Positions 10,467 through 23,588 of a stretch of 64,000 bases of DNA are shown in pieces. The stretch spans positions 62,001 to 126,000 of the forward strand of contig CBFFRP010000128.1 in NCBI GenBank assembly GCA_965644295.1, written 5' to 3'. A model generated the notes under the pieces. That model was not told the DNA's origin. It did no database searches and was given only the letters and a program-made list of their open reading frames with translations. This DNA comes from Paraphysomonas bandaiensis. Lineage: Eukaryota; Protista; Chrysophyceae. Within the stretch, counting starts at the first letter, position 1; each line of letters starts with the position of its first letter. The position numbers and the translations under genes are program-made.

Positions 10467-13169
10467 ATGCCAAGAAAGAACAAGCGGTCTCGTCCAGTTC
10501 CGTGTGATTTAGAGGAGAGGAATAACGAGGCCTTAAAGTCGGGTATGTGACCATAGCACACTCCTTCTACAGAACTTAAGTCATTTTTGTGCAACATACA
10601 GCCAAGGAGAATGCATACAATATGCTGACTTATTCGTTGATCCGTAGAGGGGGTCTCACTGAGGAGTATGAGTTACTCTTGAGTGGTACGTACACACCGG
10701 TATTGTGAGCCTGTTATAATATGAAAGATATATAGACCTGGCGGAGGCCATTGACCTTCCGTTGTCGTATACCCCGAATCAAGAGCGTATCATATTTAAG
10801 AAGTTAGATGATGATGATGAATCGAGTAGTAATGGAACAAAGCGGCGTCGGAGCAGTCGCATACAGCAAAGCGAGGATCCGCACAATGAGGTGTGTGACG
10901 TATGTGATAAAGGGGGAGACCTTCTCTGCTGCGACAGCTGCTCTTTAGTATTCCACATGGCCTGTGTTCGTCCCACTATTACCGATATACCTGAGGGCGA
11001 GTGGCACTGTCCTTATTGCATTGCATCAAAGGTTTATTGCTGTGGGGTTAGGTTTTGTTGTAACTAGTGTGTTGTGATAGAGCATATCTCTGGAGTGGTC
11101 TGAAGAAGATATCACAGCTGCTCGTATTGCCTTGCGCCGTATGCGAGCTCTCCGATCAGCAGCGCTATACAACAGCTTCTCAGAAGATGGTGCAGATGGT
11201 GAGGACATCGATGGTGAACCAGGTATGGCGGAGGGGGAATTAGATAGCAGTCTAGTGGTTACTCGAGCCGGGAGTAGACTTGTGGTCAAGAAGACCGCGC
11301 TTGGCCTAGGAGATGACCCCGCATACGGGGCCAGTATGACGGAGATATCTAGGTGTGGCATATTCTGTATTTTTTGGTGGTATCGTAGCTAAACTTCTCG
11401 CACACTCACTATATTGTGATTTGATGTTCAGGTGGTGGACTTTGGAGGAGGCATTCCAGGACATTCGACAACTTTCAGATATTCCCGTAAAGCGCAAAGA
11501 AACCGATGATAGCGAAAGTGAGGAGGACGAGGCATTGTGGTGCACATACTGTATTGATGACCCAGCCATCACGCTGTGCTGCTTTTGTGGGTGTCGGGTA
11601 GGATTGTGATACACTCACTATGCGTGTAGCTGCTTTGATGTATTGAATGCACAGGCGTGTTTTGGTAAACATGATTCGAGCTATCTGCTAATTTGTGATG
11701 GTTGTGATGTGGAGTTTCATACATACTGCCTGAACCCTCCCCTGGAAGCCATCCCCGAAGGGGCGTGGTACTGCTCACACTGTCAGGCTACCCGGCCTCC
11801 TGAGGAGATTGTACCAAAGGCTGAAGAGGAAGAAGAGACGTAAGTTATAAATGCGATTGGTAGACGTGATGATATGTATTCTCGCAGGCCAATAGAAGTA
11901 CCGAAGCGGCGTGGGCGAGGTCGTCCGCCGGGTTCATCCAAACAGAAGTTACATCACCAGGCTGTGACTCCAAAGACTCATAGCTTTAAAAAGGATATTA
12001 GATCATCAGTACTAGCCGGACAGCCTAATATAGTCCCTTCTAGTATGTCGCATAGACATCCTCTGCCAATGACTCTTGCTGCAACGAAAGGGCTAGTATC
12101 TGATGTGGTAAATATGGGGATGAAAACGCATGGCAATGCATCGGGGACACTGGAATGCTTCATTCGTTGGGCTCCTTGTGATGAGCTGAGGTTATTGTTG
12201 GCTGATATGACTACTCATAGAGAAGAGCTTCTCACTAAGTATGTATTATTACGCTAATATAGTTGCTCTGTGTAATATTATCCTGTTAGAATGAAAGAAT
12301 TGGACCCTGAGGCCTACGAGAAACTGGATTTTTTCAAATATGGTATGAAGAGGACAGAAGAAAGTTCATTGATGTCTGCTACTACCGTGAAAACCGAAGG
12401 AGGTAATGCCATGGAAGTGTCAGAATCTGTGAGTGCTGTTGAGGAAGAAATAAAGGCAACTGACGGAGTAAAGCGGGAGACATGTATAGAGGAGCTAGAT
12501 ATTGTAGGGGCGGACGCTGTACAGAAGACTCAGTGCAAGGCTGGAGTTGCTGATGGAAAAAAAGAGGTGGAATTATTAGATATAGCTAAAGCGGCGACCT
12601 CAGCGACCAAACAGACAAAGAAAAACACATCTGTATCATCTACTTCTGAGACCGATGTTGCAGACCCTGGCGAATCTGTACGACCTCCGCGTGCACGAGG
12701 AAAAGGGAAATGCCGCAGTCCATCGCGCAATGTGGAGAATAACCGCAGTAAGAAAGCGAGTCGACGTGGAGGTGGGGCAAGCCGAGAGTCATCCGACCAG
12801 TCTGCAGCCCGGAGTTCCTGTGCATCTGTCACAAAGACTGGCGATCTGGATGATCCGTCTTTGCCCGACAACAATGACTCTGCAGTTGGCAATATACGGA
12901 AACCGCCTTCCCCCCATTTGCAAGACTTCATTCGATTTTCGAAATTAGTAAGCGAGCAGGAGGCGAACCAGCAACTTCCCCTGGCCTCTCCTTTGCCAAC
13001 CCCCGCAGATGCTCAGAGAAATGCGACAATCTTCAATCCTGAGGAGGGACTCCTATTGAGTCCTGGAACCTCAAGTGTATCGCGTAAGGGCAGTACAGAG
13101 ATTCTTAGTGAGCTGAATTCAGTTTCCGCTGCAACTCACATCCCCAGTACTAGTGAAATAGAAGAATAG
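10467..13169 (+). CDS. PHD-finger chromatin protein (2 PHD fingers, AT-hook, low-complexity C-terminus), multi-exon
   Basis: [24 protein letters not shown]...WHCPYC; [15 protein letters not shown]...WYCSHC; [11 protein letters not shown]. Confidence 0.85.
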
Positions 13170-13978
13170 TGCAGTGCTAGCATATTTACGAAAGACAAGT
13201 TATCTGTATCGGTTGTTGCTCTATGGGGTAGTGATTGTTGGTTGTGTATTGTTGTACGACCATGCTCCCAAAACGTGTACAATGAATGAAAATATTCTAC
13301 AGCTTATTGTGGTGATTAAATTATGAACTGGAAAATATGACGATATCGATTTTCTCTTGCTGATATTTCTTTCGTACTTCCTGCTCAGGGTTCCTCCGAT
13401 ACAATACGAGAAACTATTGGTAAGCACGTAAGCACAGGTTTAGGAAATATTCAACACTCAACACGTATAGAGACAAGTTAATAATAAAATCGACTATCAA
13501 TATGTTCATGACATACTAAACCGCTCATCAGTATGTCTACCAGTCACAATTGGTTGCCCCACTACTAGTAGTATATAGCATGCCCAGTTATTAGTTATTC
13601 TACAGATGTAAAACTAGTTTCTATACACATCTGCTCTCATGGAATAATCAGACATTCTTATAACAGTCACTACTCTTTAGTATAGCCAACACTTTGGAAA
13701 TGATGATACCACTTACATTAGTATCTCAATGACAACTTCTTTTTATTGTAAGTCTTTACTCCTTACTGTTAACTAAGTCTATCTTCTTATAGGACGTATA
13801 CTTTGCATATGTAGTCAGCCCAACTGAGCCCCTAAGAGCTATTGTACGAATCTTGATAATTCAGCTAAAGCTTACTTAACCGATCCATGCTTCTCACTTC
13901 TCTCATCAAATTAATCTAGCCACGATGACCACAATAGAAATTATTAAATGACAGTCATTTACTTACACTACCACAGTT

Positions 13979-16342
13979 TCATTTTCTCCACATATCACCG
14001 TCAATAAAATAAGGAACGTTAATTGCAATCACAGCAATCACTAAAAATACGACCGATAGAATAAGTAAAGATGGCCAAATACTCGAGCTCCTGGGCACAT
14101 GCGATTCATATTCATCTTCAGGAAAATCATCAATTATTTCCCCATCACTATCATAAACGGGTTTTCCAGAATAATGACCTTTCGAAAAGCGATGAAGATT
14201 TAACGAGAAGTCAAAACGTCGACCAGGACGCATATTATACCTACAATATATGAGCCAAAGTGTATACAAAGTGTTCACTTATACCAATCAGATATCTGAT
14301 ACATTTTCTCTTTTCCTTCTGGGGTTTTAAGATGATCGCGAAGCTTGGCAAGGGCAATTCTTGTGTGAATTGCTCCCTGTCTTTCGTATTCATCTGTAGA
14401 CAGCAACTGCACACAAAACTCCATTACAATATACATTATATCCATTTTACGCAATGAATAGTACCGGCTGACTAGAATAAAGATAAGTCGGAGTCTGTCG
14501 TGCAGCTGCTGCAGTTATCCATAGGTAATGTGCCCATTCCAATAAGGTGTCTCTATTCATAGCCGCAACTGCCAAAATACAAGATATCTCCATGTTAGGG
14601 GAGCATCGCGTCAACACTAATACTGCTCCTAGACTGCGTAGGAACATACGCAAAATCGTGTGGGAGTTGGAATACTCCTCAAACATTTTCCACCTCCGAG
14701 CCAAAAACAATGATATCGCCACAGAAAAGAGGAAGTATGCCTTGCCTAGCCACGGTACACCAAACGCTCCTTCGACCCTACGACACAAAAAAAATAGATT
14801 GGGTCATAATTATCAGTTGTAGATACGATAACATACCACAGGTCGACTATCCTATCGAATATATACTCCTGAAAAGTGTGGGTTGTAAGGAGTAAGGATG
14901 AGCCCATAAATAGAGCAGATAATGTAGAATGGAAAATACCACCAAACATTGGTAGGTTATTCTTCAGCATGTACGAGCTAAGCCTGATTCAAAACTTGTC
15001 ATCAGCATGAAGGTGGCACTCATCATCAACAACATATATATCCAACTGTATATATTAACCTCGAATATACATGTACCAAGAAACATTCATGACAATCGCT
15101 TTTACCTGTAGAACAATATCACAACCCATATGACTGCCACGAAGATTCCGAAAACACTGGCAACTACGTATTTTGTAACCGGCGAGGATGCAACAGAATC
15201 CTCTACACTAAGTAGACACCATGCAACGAACATCATCGTCGGATAAACAGGAACCCATTGGAAAAGCACTGGGAAAATATATTTTTCCAGAAATATCAAT
15301 GTATCCTGTGTAAACAACGTAAACAAGGAATATCATCCATAACGGAAGGCAAATATAACACGGGACATAGAATATGATTACGCGGCTCCAACTCATACGC
15401 GATATATATTTTAAAAATATCAGTTCTGAGACACTATATTTTACCTCAGAATATTTTCGTAACTGTAGTGATAGCCATAGACCGTCTATGTTTAGTAGCG
15501 ACTGAATAGTCAGGGGAAGAACAGTCAGACAATTGCTTGCCCACTCCAGAGTACTGATAATAATGCCACCCCAACCCACGGACCCAATAGTTGGTACTTC
15601 TAATTTGTATGTCACTTCTGAGATGTCATCTGATTGGGACAAGTACCCAACACACGCAGAATGGAAGGGATCTACTGAGAGTTGGCACTCATCATCCACT
15701 GCGCTGGTAGCCGCACCCGCACAGGGGTCAGACAGAGCACACCAGTTTTGAGGGGATCCAACAGATGGAGGTAATATCTCCGCATACTCAGATATTGCTC
15801 TACCATTCCAGCAACCGCACATCTTTTCGACACCAGAGATTTCACTACCAAGAAAGAAATGTACACCACTGCATGCCCACTGTTGCAACAGAGGCTTCTG
15901 CTGAAGTAAAACAACATCAGAATAATAACTCAACCCTCCCAATTTCGAACGATTTATACGAAATACGCCATCAGATACGAGAAATGCAAGAGGAAACTTT
16001 GTGTGATAAAATAACCGAGAGAAGGATATCACTATACTCTTCCACGCCTGTTATATACACACATAAGAGACTAACGGCTACATATCTACACATATGTATA
16101 TATATATACACACATGCCATCTCACATACATTAAACAGAGCCCCGTGATACTGTCCTTCATGAGAACTCTTTCCTGTATCTACTTGAAGGTTGTCTATCT
16201 CTATAGGGGAGATTAGTGTGACTATATCTCCGATCGTGGGCTCTGCTGCATTGTTACATAGTACTGTATACTTCACAGCGCTATAGGCTTGATTGAGACA
16301 TAGCAGTACTGTGAATAAGATGAACACAAGGTTAGCGTTCAT
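13979..16342 (-). CDS. NEMP: NEMP family nuclear envelope integral membrane protein, multi-exon
   Basis: Signal peptide MNANLVFILF, several TM helices, and LLSTDEYERQGAIHTRIALAKLRDHL resembling the NEMP motif LLTEEEY..QG..ET.KAL.EL. Confidence 0.75.
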
Positions 16343-16850
16343 GGTTAAAGGGGTATGTAGATATGGGGGGTGAGGAGTGTTAATGGGATGCTGTGTGATC
16401 ACTGCGCTGGACATACATACACATCCATATATACATACAGCAGTACAGTACATACACAGGTACATATACATACATACACAGCAGTATAGTACATCAATTC
16501 TCAACGAATACTATTCACTTCCATACTTCCACACTCTCGATTTCTTTGTATGGAAGTACATAATGAGTGTCTAAAGGTACAGCTATCGAGAGGTACCATA
16601 TATATACAATGCCTGTATACTGTTCAGGTATACTGTAAATAAGAACCACACATTCTTCCTCATATGACACGAACCTACACTGCAACCCATACACACATAC
16701 ACTCCTCTAATCTAGATACAGTAACCACACATTCATCCCACTGCCAGTAGTGGTGTGCCTATACATACATACACTACACTCCATACAATACTCTCCATAT
16801 AAACTCACCACTTATCTATCTCCCATTAAACTCCATCATACACACTAATC

Positions 16851-19800
16851 ATGTCGAGATTTTGGGCCGGGGGAAGTTCCAGTGAGAGCGAGAATGAATC
16901 AGAGAGTGATTCTGATAGCAGCGTACAGCAGAACCAGAAGATTGGAGGGGGAAAGTTCATCGGAGCCTTTGAGTCTGATAGTGGTAACTATACATAGAAA
17001 CACACGCATATATACTCTTATATATATATATAGAATCTGAAGATGAAGTACGTGTAGTGAAGTCGAAGAAAGACAAATCATGGGATTCAATGCGTGATGC
17101 GATTAGTCGTATGAGGAGTGCGATGAAGATCAACGACTGGAGTATCATACTGGACGAGTTCAAAGCTATTAATAAAATAGTTGAGAAATCTAAAATGCTC
17201 ATATTAAAGAATGGTCTTCCCAAGTTTTATGTCAAGATTCTTGTTGATGTTGAAGACTTTTTGAATCAGACTCTTAAGGATAAAGAGAGCATTAAGAAGA
17301 TGAAGAAAGAAGTTGCCAAGTCCTTTAATACAATGAAGCTGACTGTCCGGAAGCACAACAAAGCATATGAAGCCGAGATTGAAGCGTGTCGTGCGAATCC
17401 TCAGGACTATACTGAAGAAAGTAGTGATGAGGAAGATTCCTCTAGTGAGGAAGACTCTTCTGATGAGGACTCTTCTGATGAGGATAGCGATGAGGATAGC
17501 GACGAAGAGAGCGAGTCAGAAAACGAAGCGCCAGTGAAATCTAATGCGTCAAAGGTAAATATAGTGATACTAAACATGTAGTGTCGTATATAGAGGTGCA
17601 GTGATCCCTCATTCCTCGTTTCCGACTGGGTTGTGTTGCGTGAGTGTGGTGGGTTAGTCATTAACTCCGAGAGGAGGACTTTCTTTCTACCTCACACTCC
17701 TTCTCATATGAGACAAATCTAATCAAGTTTAAGTAGTATCTGAGCACCTATTCTCTGCTATACATTCATACTATCTTTGTTTCGTTGCTCAACTTACAAC
17801 TATCCCTTCTCAGGTCAAGTTTGCTATGGGCTCCGATTCGGATGAGGACTCTGAGGACTCTTGGCCAAGCGACTCAGACGACTCGAGCAGTGACAGCAGC
17901 GATGATGAAGACGACAGAGGGGAACTCAAGGGTCGTGAGCGATGGTTGAAGAAGAAAGTTGATACTTCCGCGTTGGATAAAAAGAAAGCGAAACAGCAGG
18001 CTAAGAAAGCTCGTTCCTCTGGCCCAAGCACTAAGGCCAGCTCCATAGAGAGTCGTGTAAAGTCGGCATCCTCACACTGGAAGATCGACGAGAATATGAC
18101 CGAGGAAGTGATTGACAGAAAGGTCAAGGAGATTGTGTCATCCCGTGGCCGCAAGAGTTCTCTCCCGGATGCGATGATATATCAGCTCGAGGTGCTTGCT
18201 AAGGTTGCTCGTTATTATGGTCCGCATAAAGAGATTCCCATTCTCGGACATCTAATTTCCGCTATGTTTGATGCTAACAATAGCTTGGACAGCTATATGG
18301 ACCTGCGAACATGGAGGACATGTTGGGGATGCATGATGCGTATTGCGACTTTGCTCGAAGAGAACAACCGTATCATTCTCGGTGTATTATCTGCTGAAGA
18401 CTTGACAGATTTCCTAATGGCTGACAAAATGCAGAACGACCTCTTTAAGAAAAACGAAGAGGATAGCACACCAAAATCGAGTGATCCAAATAAAATCTAC
18501 CTCGTGGGTGATATGGAAACTCATTTGGTAAGACTGGAGAGAGAATACACAAAGAGCCTACAGCAGATCAACCCGCATACTCAAGATTATGTTATACGTC
18601 TCTCAGATGAGGCGCTACTGCTTGAACTGGCTGAGGGGCTTCAAAAATACTACACTCGTGTAGGAAATAAGTCTGCGATTGCCAGTGTTGCTCTCCTTCG
18701 CTTAGAGCACTTGTACTACAAGAACGAGAATATGGCCCGCGAAGTACATCGGGCTTATCTGTTCGCCAAAAAATGGGGAAGGTATTCTGATCTCCATCCT
18801 GCGTGCACTGGCAAGATTTCGGACAATGTGACATCAGCTCGTGATTCTTCTACCACTCACCCCGCCGCGTTTCAAGGAAATCCCTCTGTTTCTTTTCCTG
18901 ACAGTCACAATGCTTCTAAAGAAGTGGAGGAACTATGTAGTATTATTTTTAAGGTTGGAGACGGTGACTCCAAGTCGCGTGCATTATTATGCGCTGTATT
19001 CCACCACGCGATGCATGACCGATATTACCGCGCACGTGATCTGTTTTTGATCTCTCATATCCAGGATAACATCGAGGACTTCGGTGTTTCGACACAGATT
19101 CTTTACAACAGGGCGATTGTCACACTTGGTCTTGCTGCTTTCCGTCAGGGCCATATTATGAAGGCATACGAGTGTTTGGGAGGTGTGTGTGGCGGACGTG
19201 TTAAAGAACTCTTAGCTCAAGGCACTATTCGTTGGCACGACAAAGGCGTTGAGCAAGAAAATGAGGAGAAACGTCGTCAGATTCCTTACCACATGCACAT
19301 CAACCCTGATCTGCTTGATTGCTGCTATATGATATGCGCTATGATGGTGGAACTCCCATTCATAGTTGGCAAACCTTATGACCGATCAGTTTTGGCCCGT
19401 TTCCATTTCCGTAAGTATTTAAATGGCTACAACCGGCAGTTGTTCACTGGGCCGCCAGAGAACACTAGGGAGCATGTCCTGGCTGCTGCTAAAGCACTAA
19501 TGACAGGAGATTGGAAGAAGGCTGTCAACTACATCCTCAATTTGGATGTGTGGAACTTAATTCCTAATGATGGCGGGGCCAAAGTCAAGGAAATGCTCAA
19601 CATTAAACTTAAGGAGGAAGCCCTGCGTATCTACCTTTATTCCAGTGTGGCATCCAACTACGAATCCTTGTCATTGAGCAGTATCTGCTCTCAGTTTGAT
19701 ATGGACTCAGTGACTTCCCGGCGTATCATTAGCAAAATGATTTTCCGCAACGAGGTGTCTGGGGCATGGGACCAATCCGCAAACGGGGATGATGTGCTTG

Positions 19801-20192
19801 TGTTATACAACGTCGGCGCTACTCCAATGCAAACTCTCGCACTGCAAATGGCGGACAAGGTTAGCAATCTCGTGGAGAGCAACGAGCGTATCCTCGATTC
19901 TATGACAAGTACATACGGATACAAAGACGATTGGAACCAACAGAGGAAACCTCATGATAGCCAGTACCAAGGGCAGCAGAGAGCTAAGGGTGGCTTGAAA
20001 GGACCGGCGTACAGAGGACAGAACCGCCACCAGTCCGGTGGAAAACACGGAAGTGGGAAGCATTCTAGAAACCCTCGTGCCGGAAATGCTTGGAGTAATC
20101 AGGGCAAATCAAAGACGTCATACAAGAGCCAGCAGATCAAGAACTCTATATCCAAAAAAACTACGGTCATGGGGTGGGGTGCACCTATGTAA
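16851..20192 (+). CDS. EIF3C: Eukaryotic translation initiation factor 3 subunit C, 3 exons
   Basis: MSRFW start, acidic N-terminal region, QIPYHMHINPDLL, GPPENTREHV, PCI domain; introns near 16984-17033 and at 17555-17813. Confidence 0.95.
17594..17749 (+). ncRNA. Candidate intronic box C/D snoRNA (snR57-like guide for SSU rRNA)
   Basis: 6-bp terminal stem aggtgc/gcacct, C-like GTGATC, D box CTGA (17740-17743). The guide attcctcgtt upstream of D' CCGA is complementary to conserved SSU AACGAGGAAU. Lies in an unusually long intron. The C box is non-canonical. Confidence 0.6.
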
Positions 20193-20415
20193 TTTATCCG
20201 CATGTATGTGTTCTTGGATCCTAATGGTGGGCATGGTGGCATGAGTTTCATGGTGAGTGAATATGTTCCATGATAGCTAGCATTGCTTAATTTCAATAGT
20301 TTGCAACAACTTAGTAATAAACGTACATCATAATGACAAGAAAATGATTTGTTTTTTAAGATCAAGTACATGTAGTACAGGATTAGAAAGCTCCGAGAGT
20401 AAAGGATAGTGTGGG

Positions 20416-20791
20416 CAGGGTTAGGATAGTAACAATTAGTTGCAATTTATTGTGCCAATTATTGTCTAATTAACTTAGTTACTCATTACAAGCACGTATA
20501 GCATCTTCAACCGTACTTGCATTCCACAGAAATCTATAAAGGCAAGAACATAAGGGCCTCTAATCGATGCGGTGCCATAGATCCAAACTTGTGATAATGG
20601 GTTGTATCTATGATCAGTAGATCAGTAGCTATACATATTACATATTAAGACGCTATATATAATTTAGCCAGCCAATTAATTGGCAACAATTTCCAATAAT
20701 AATAATTGGAATTATCACTATTAAAACCAATTAATTTAATTGGCAATTATTGCCAATAAATTGAAAACCAAATAATTGTTTCGCAAGCCTG
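20416..20791. mobile_element. Possible degenerate MITE (CAGG...CCTG ends, CAATT/AATTG subterminal repeats)
   Basis: Imperfect inverted ends; no TSD seen. Confidence 0.35.
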
Positions 20792-20958
20792 CTACTTATA
20801 GAAGGGCATTGAGCATTACATATACACTATGGATCAAGCTGAACTAAGTTTTGTAGCTCAAAATCAAGAGGAAAGACAAATCATCGACCGTTCAACAACT
20901 GTATATATATGCATTAGACAGCTAACGGTCATAATTCGAATAATTATCTAGCTTCAAT

Positions 20959-21450
20959 ACTCCCTCAGCAAAGTCGGACTCACACCTTTTCGTGGTGTTC
21001 TGGGGGATAAGTACCAGAGAGATTCTCTCTGGGAAACTAACGTGGGCCGCAAACATAGTCAGCAGATATTATTCTGCCCACTCATAGCCGAATGCTTGTA
21101 TGGTACAAGGGACACAATAAGTGTCACTTGTGTAGACGCCTTTGGGCCCTGAAAGATAAACAGGCATCCGGGAATGGGCCCACCTGAAGGGTAATCGGGG
21201 AATTGGGCTGCCTGCTGAGGTCAAGCATTCGAGATGATGTTCACCTTAAGATCTCAGAGCGGAAGTGGTCGAACCTTGGTGTTTGCAGCGACGCACAAGC
21301 AGCTTCCGTAGCGTCATATAGTAGGATAAAAAATGTTTGTACTAATTAGTTACAGGCAGAGGTCTAACTAGTTTGTCTAGCATTCATCTAGTTACTAAGT
21401 TGGTGCAGATTTTTAACGCCTTTTGCTAAATAAACAGACTCTTAATAATA
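20959..21450 (+). mobile_element. SINE-like family copy (near full length)
   Basis: Reverse complement of about 7500-8010 over its whole length. Confidence 0.85.
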
Positions 21451-21927
21451 TTGAAATACTGAAATTTAGGAAATGACTACATTAGTGATGAAGTTATTAA
21501 TTACAAAACACAAGACATTATAATCATTAAATAAACATTTTCCAACTTCCTAGCGTGGCTGCGAAAACTCGTACTCCGACAAATATCAAGATGGAAAGAA
21601 AGAAGATAAAAGAACAATTCTAGAGTACAGTACGTCGCTATGGTACATCCTATACAAGAGGTACAAGGTGTAAATTCTAGCTCTCAATATCAAACGTAGC
21701 AGTTTCTAATCATTACTGACTTCAAGAATGATCTAACTTCAAGCGACGGTGTAGAAACTGGTGGCTTGATAAATGTCAAGTTAATGATTTAACAGATCAT
21801 AAATATTTCTAGTCTTGGACCTTTCTTTTCTGGAAAACATTAAGTATACATTATACATATTTACTTTACGGATGCTGCAACACAGTGTAACCCTACATAT
21901 CCGACTACCGATCCGACACCAGATATG

Positions 21928-23046
21928 TCATTTTGGTCCATCATTTTCGGTCCCCGAAGTTGGATTGGTGTCCACTTTCTCTGGAGACGCTAGATTACAC
22001 TTGCCTCCACTGATACGGTCAACCATTTTGTATATATCCTGCGCAAAAGGTGACGCATCTACTAACTCCATGGCCGCTCTCTGAGCACGCACAAAAAAGG
22101 CGGTGGGAGTGTCCAATGCAGGACGGACATCTAAGTGCATGGAAATCTGGGCGGAGGGGGCCGCAGAACCCGTATAAAAGTCTATAACATAACGAACCTC
22201 CTCACCATTACTATCAATTAACCAGTCATGCCGATCGAAAGGAAGTGTATATCTACATCACATATGAAAGCGATTGAGAGGAAAGGATTTACAACGAGTC
22301 AAAACCTTACCCCATAAGAGCTTTAAGATAGGCTTTAGGAGATATGTCCTTTGCTTTTCCCATAAATCTTTTCAGACGAGGGTTGGAGCTGAATATAGCA
22401 TACATGACATGGGCAGATATAATATCACTACGATATACTGACCATCCTCTAAGCCTTTCCCATTCAATAATTTCCTGCCATCCTAAACAAAACCCGCAGT
22501 CAGCAATAAGGTGATAGCACGTACAGTATGTGTAATGAGTAACCTTTCTCGTTAACCATATTGTGGATGGCAAGGATGACGGCCACGTCCTCTTCCTGCG
22601 GGTTATATCCTTTTCTCTGCATACACCATCACCTCAACAGACACATAGTCAATCATTTCATTTACTTTCATCGCATTATAGTACTGTTGTTGACTCGGAT
22701 ATACCCATCGATCGAGTGGTTTGGACCCATGAGGCTGATGCTCGGGCGTATACTCCCCTTTCGGGATGTTAGATATGGACCGTGTCTTCGATAGAGGGAT
22801 CCTCTGATCCGGATGAACGTTATCACCAAAGACTAAATCATTAGCTAGTGTGTTATGTTTGGATGTCTCTGCTGTCTGTGAGGGTGTGGAGGGTGTATCA
22901 GGAGCAGCAGGTGAGAGAGGAGAGGGTTGAGTTGATCCGAAGAGAAGAGAAAACACTGAAGAGGAGCGAGAGACAGAGGAGGAGTCATGGTCCACAGGAC
23001 AGCCCTCTGAGGGGGAGGAGGATTCACTTGGACAACCACTTGGCAT
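21928..23046 (-). CDS. HCCS: Holocytochrome c synthase (cytochrome c heme lyase), multi-exon
   Basis: CPV heme-regulatory motif, [42 protein letters not shown]. Confidence 0.95.
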
Positions 23047-23129
23047 TTCCTAATTAGATGAGGACAGAGAAGTAACCTGACGATATATACACCCTCCACA
23101 AGAACAATACCACCATACACACATACACA

Positions 23130-23355
23130 CATACATACATACATACATACATACATACATACATACATACATACATACATACATACATACATACATACAT
23201 ACATACATACATACATACATACATACATACATACATACATACATACATACATACATACATACATACATACATACATACATACATACATACATACATACAT
23301 ACATACATACATACATACATACATACATACATACATACATACATACATACATACA

Positions 23356-23382
<27 letters not shown>
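23130..23382. repeat. (CATA)n microsatellite, about 250 bp
   Basis: Tetranucleotide tract between divergent genes. Confidence 0.99.
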
Positions 23383-23387
<5 letters not shown>

Positions 23388-23588
23388 CAGCAGTACATCA
23401 TCACCCTGTTAGTCCCAATTTGTTATGGTGTTCTATGGTTCACCAGATTTAGAGTTCCTGGAGTGCTGTTGGAGTGAAGTGAGAATATGTGTGTAGGTAT
23501 GCATATACGGTGTATGTGTATCTCATCAGCTCAGTCATATGCTCACACTAACCTCATCCTACCTAACCATACATCCAATACATCAACC

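Noticed and set aside
14995-15033. ATGATGA...CTGA pair on the minus strand in a NEMP intron
   Set aside because: Only 14 nt between the boxes, too close to the acceptor, and no target identified
17718-17742. Resemblance to U2 snRNA (ATCAAGT...GTAGTATCTG)
   Set aside because: Short and gapped, and the rest of U2 is absent; better explained as the end of the C/D candidate
17810-20371. Short antisense or alternate-frame ORFs over eIF3c and other genes
   Set aside because: Shadow ORFs of real coding sequence, with no motifs
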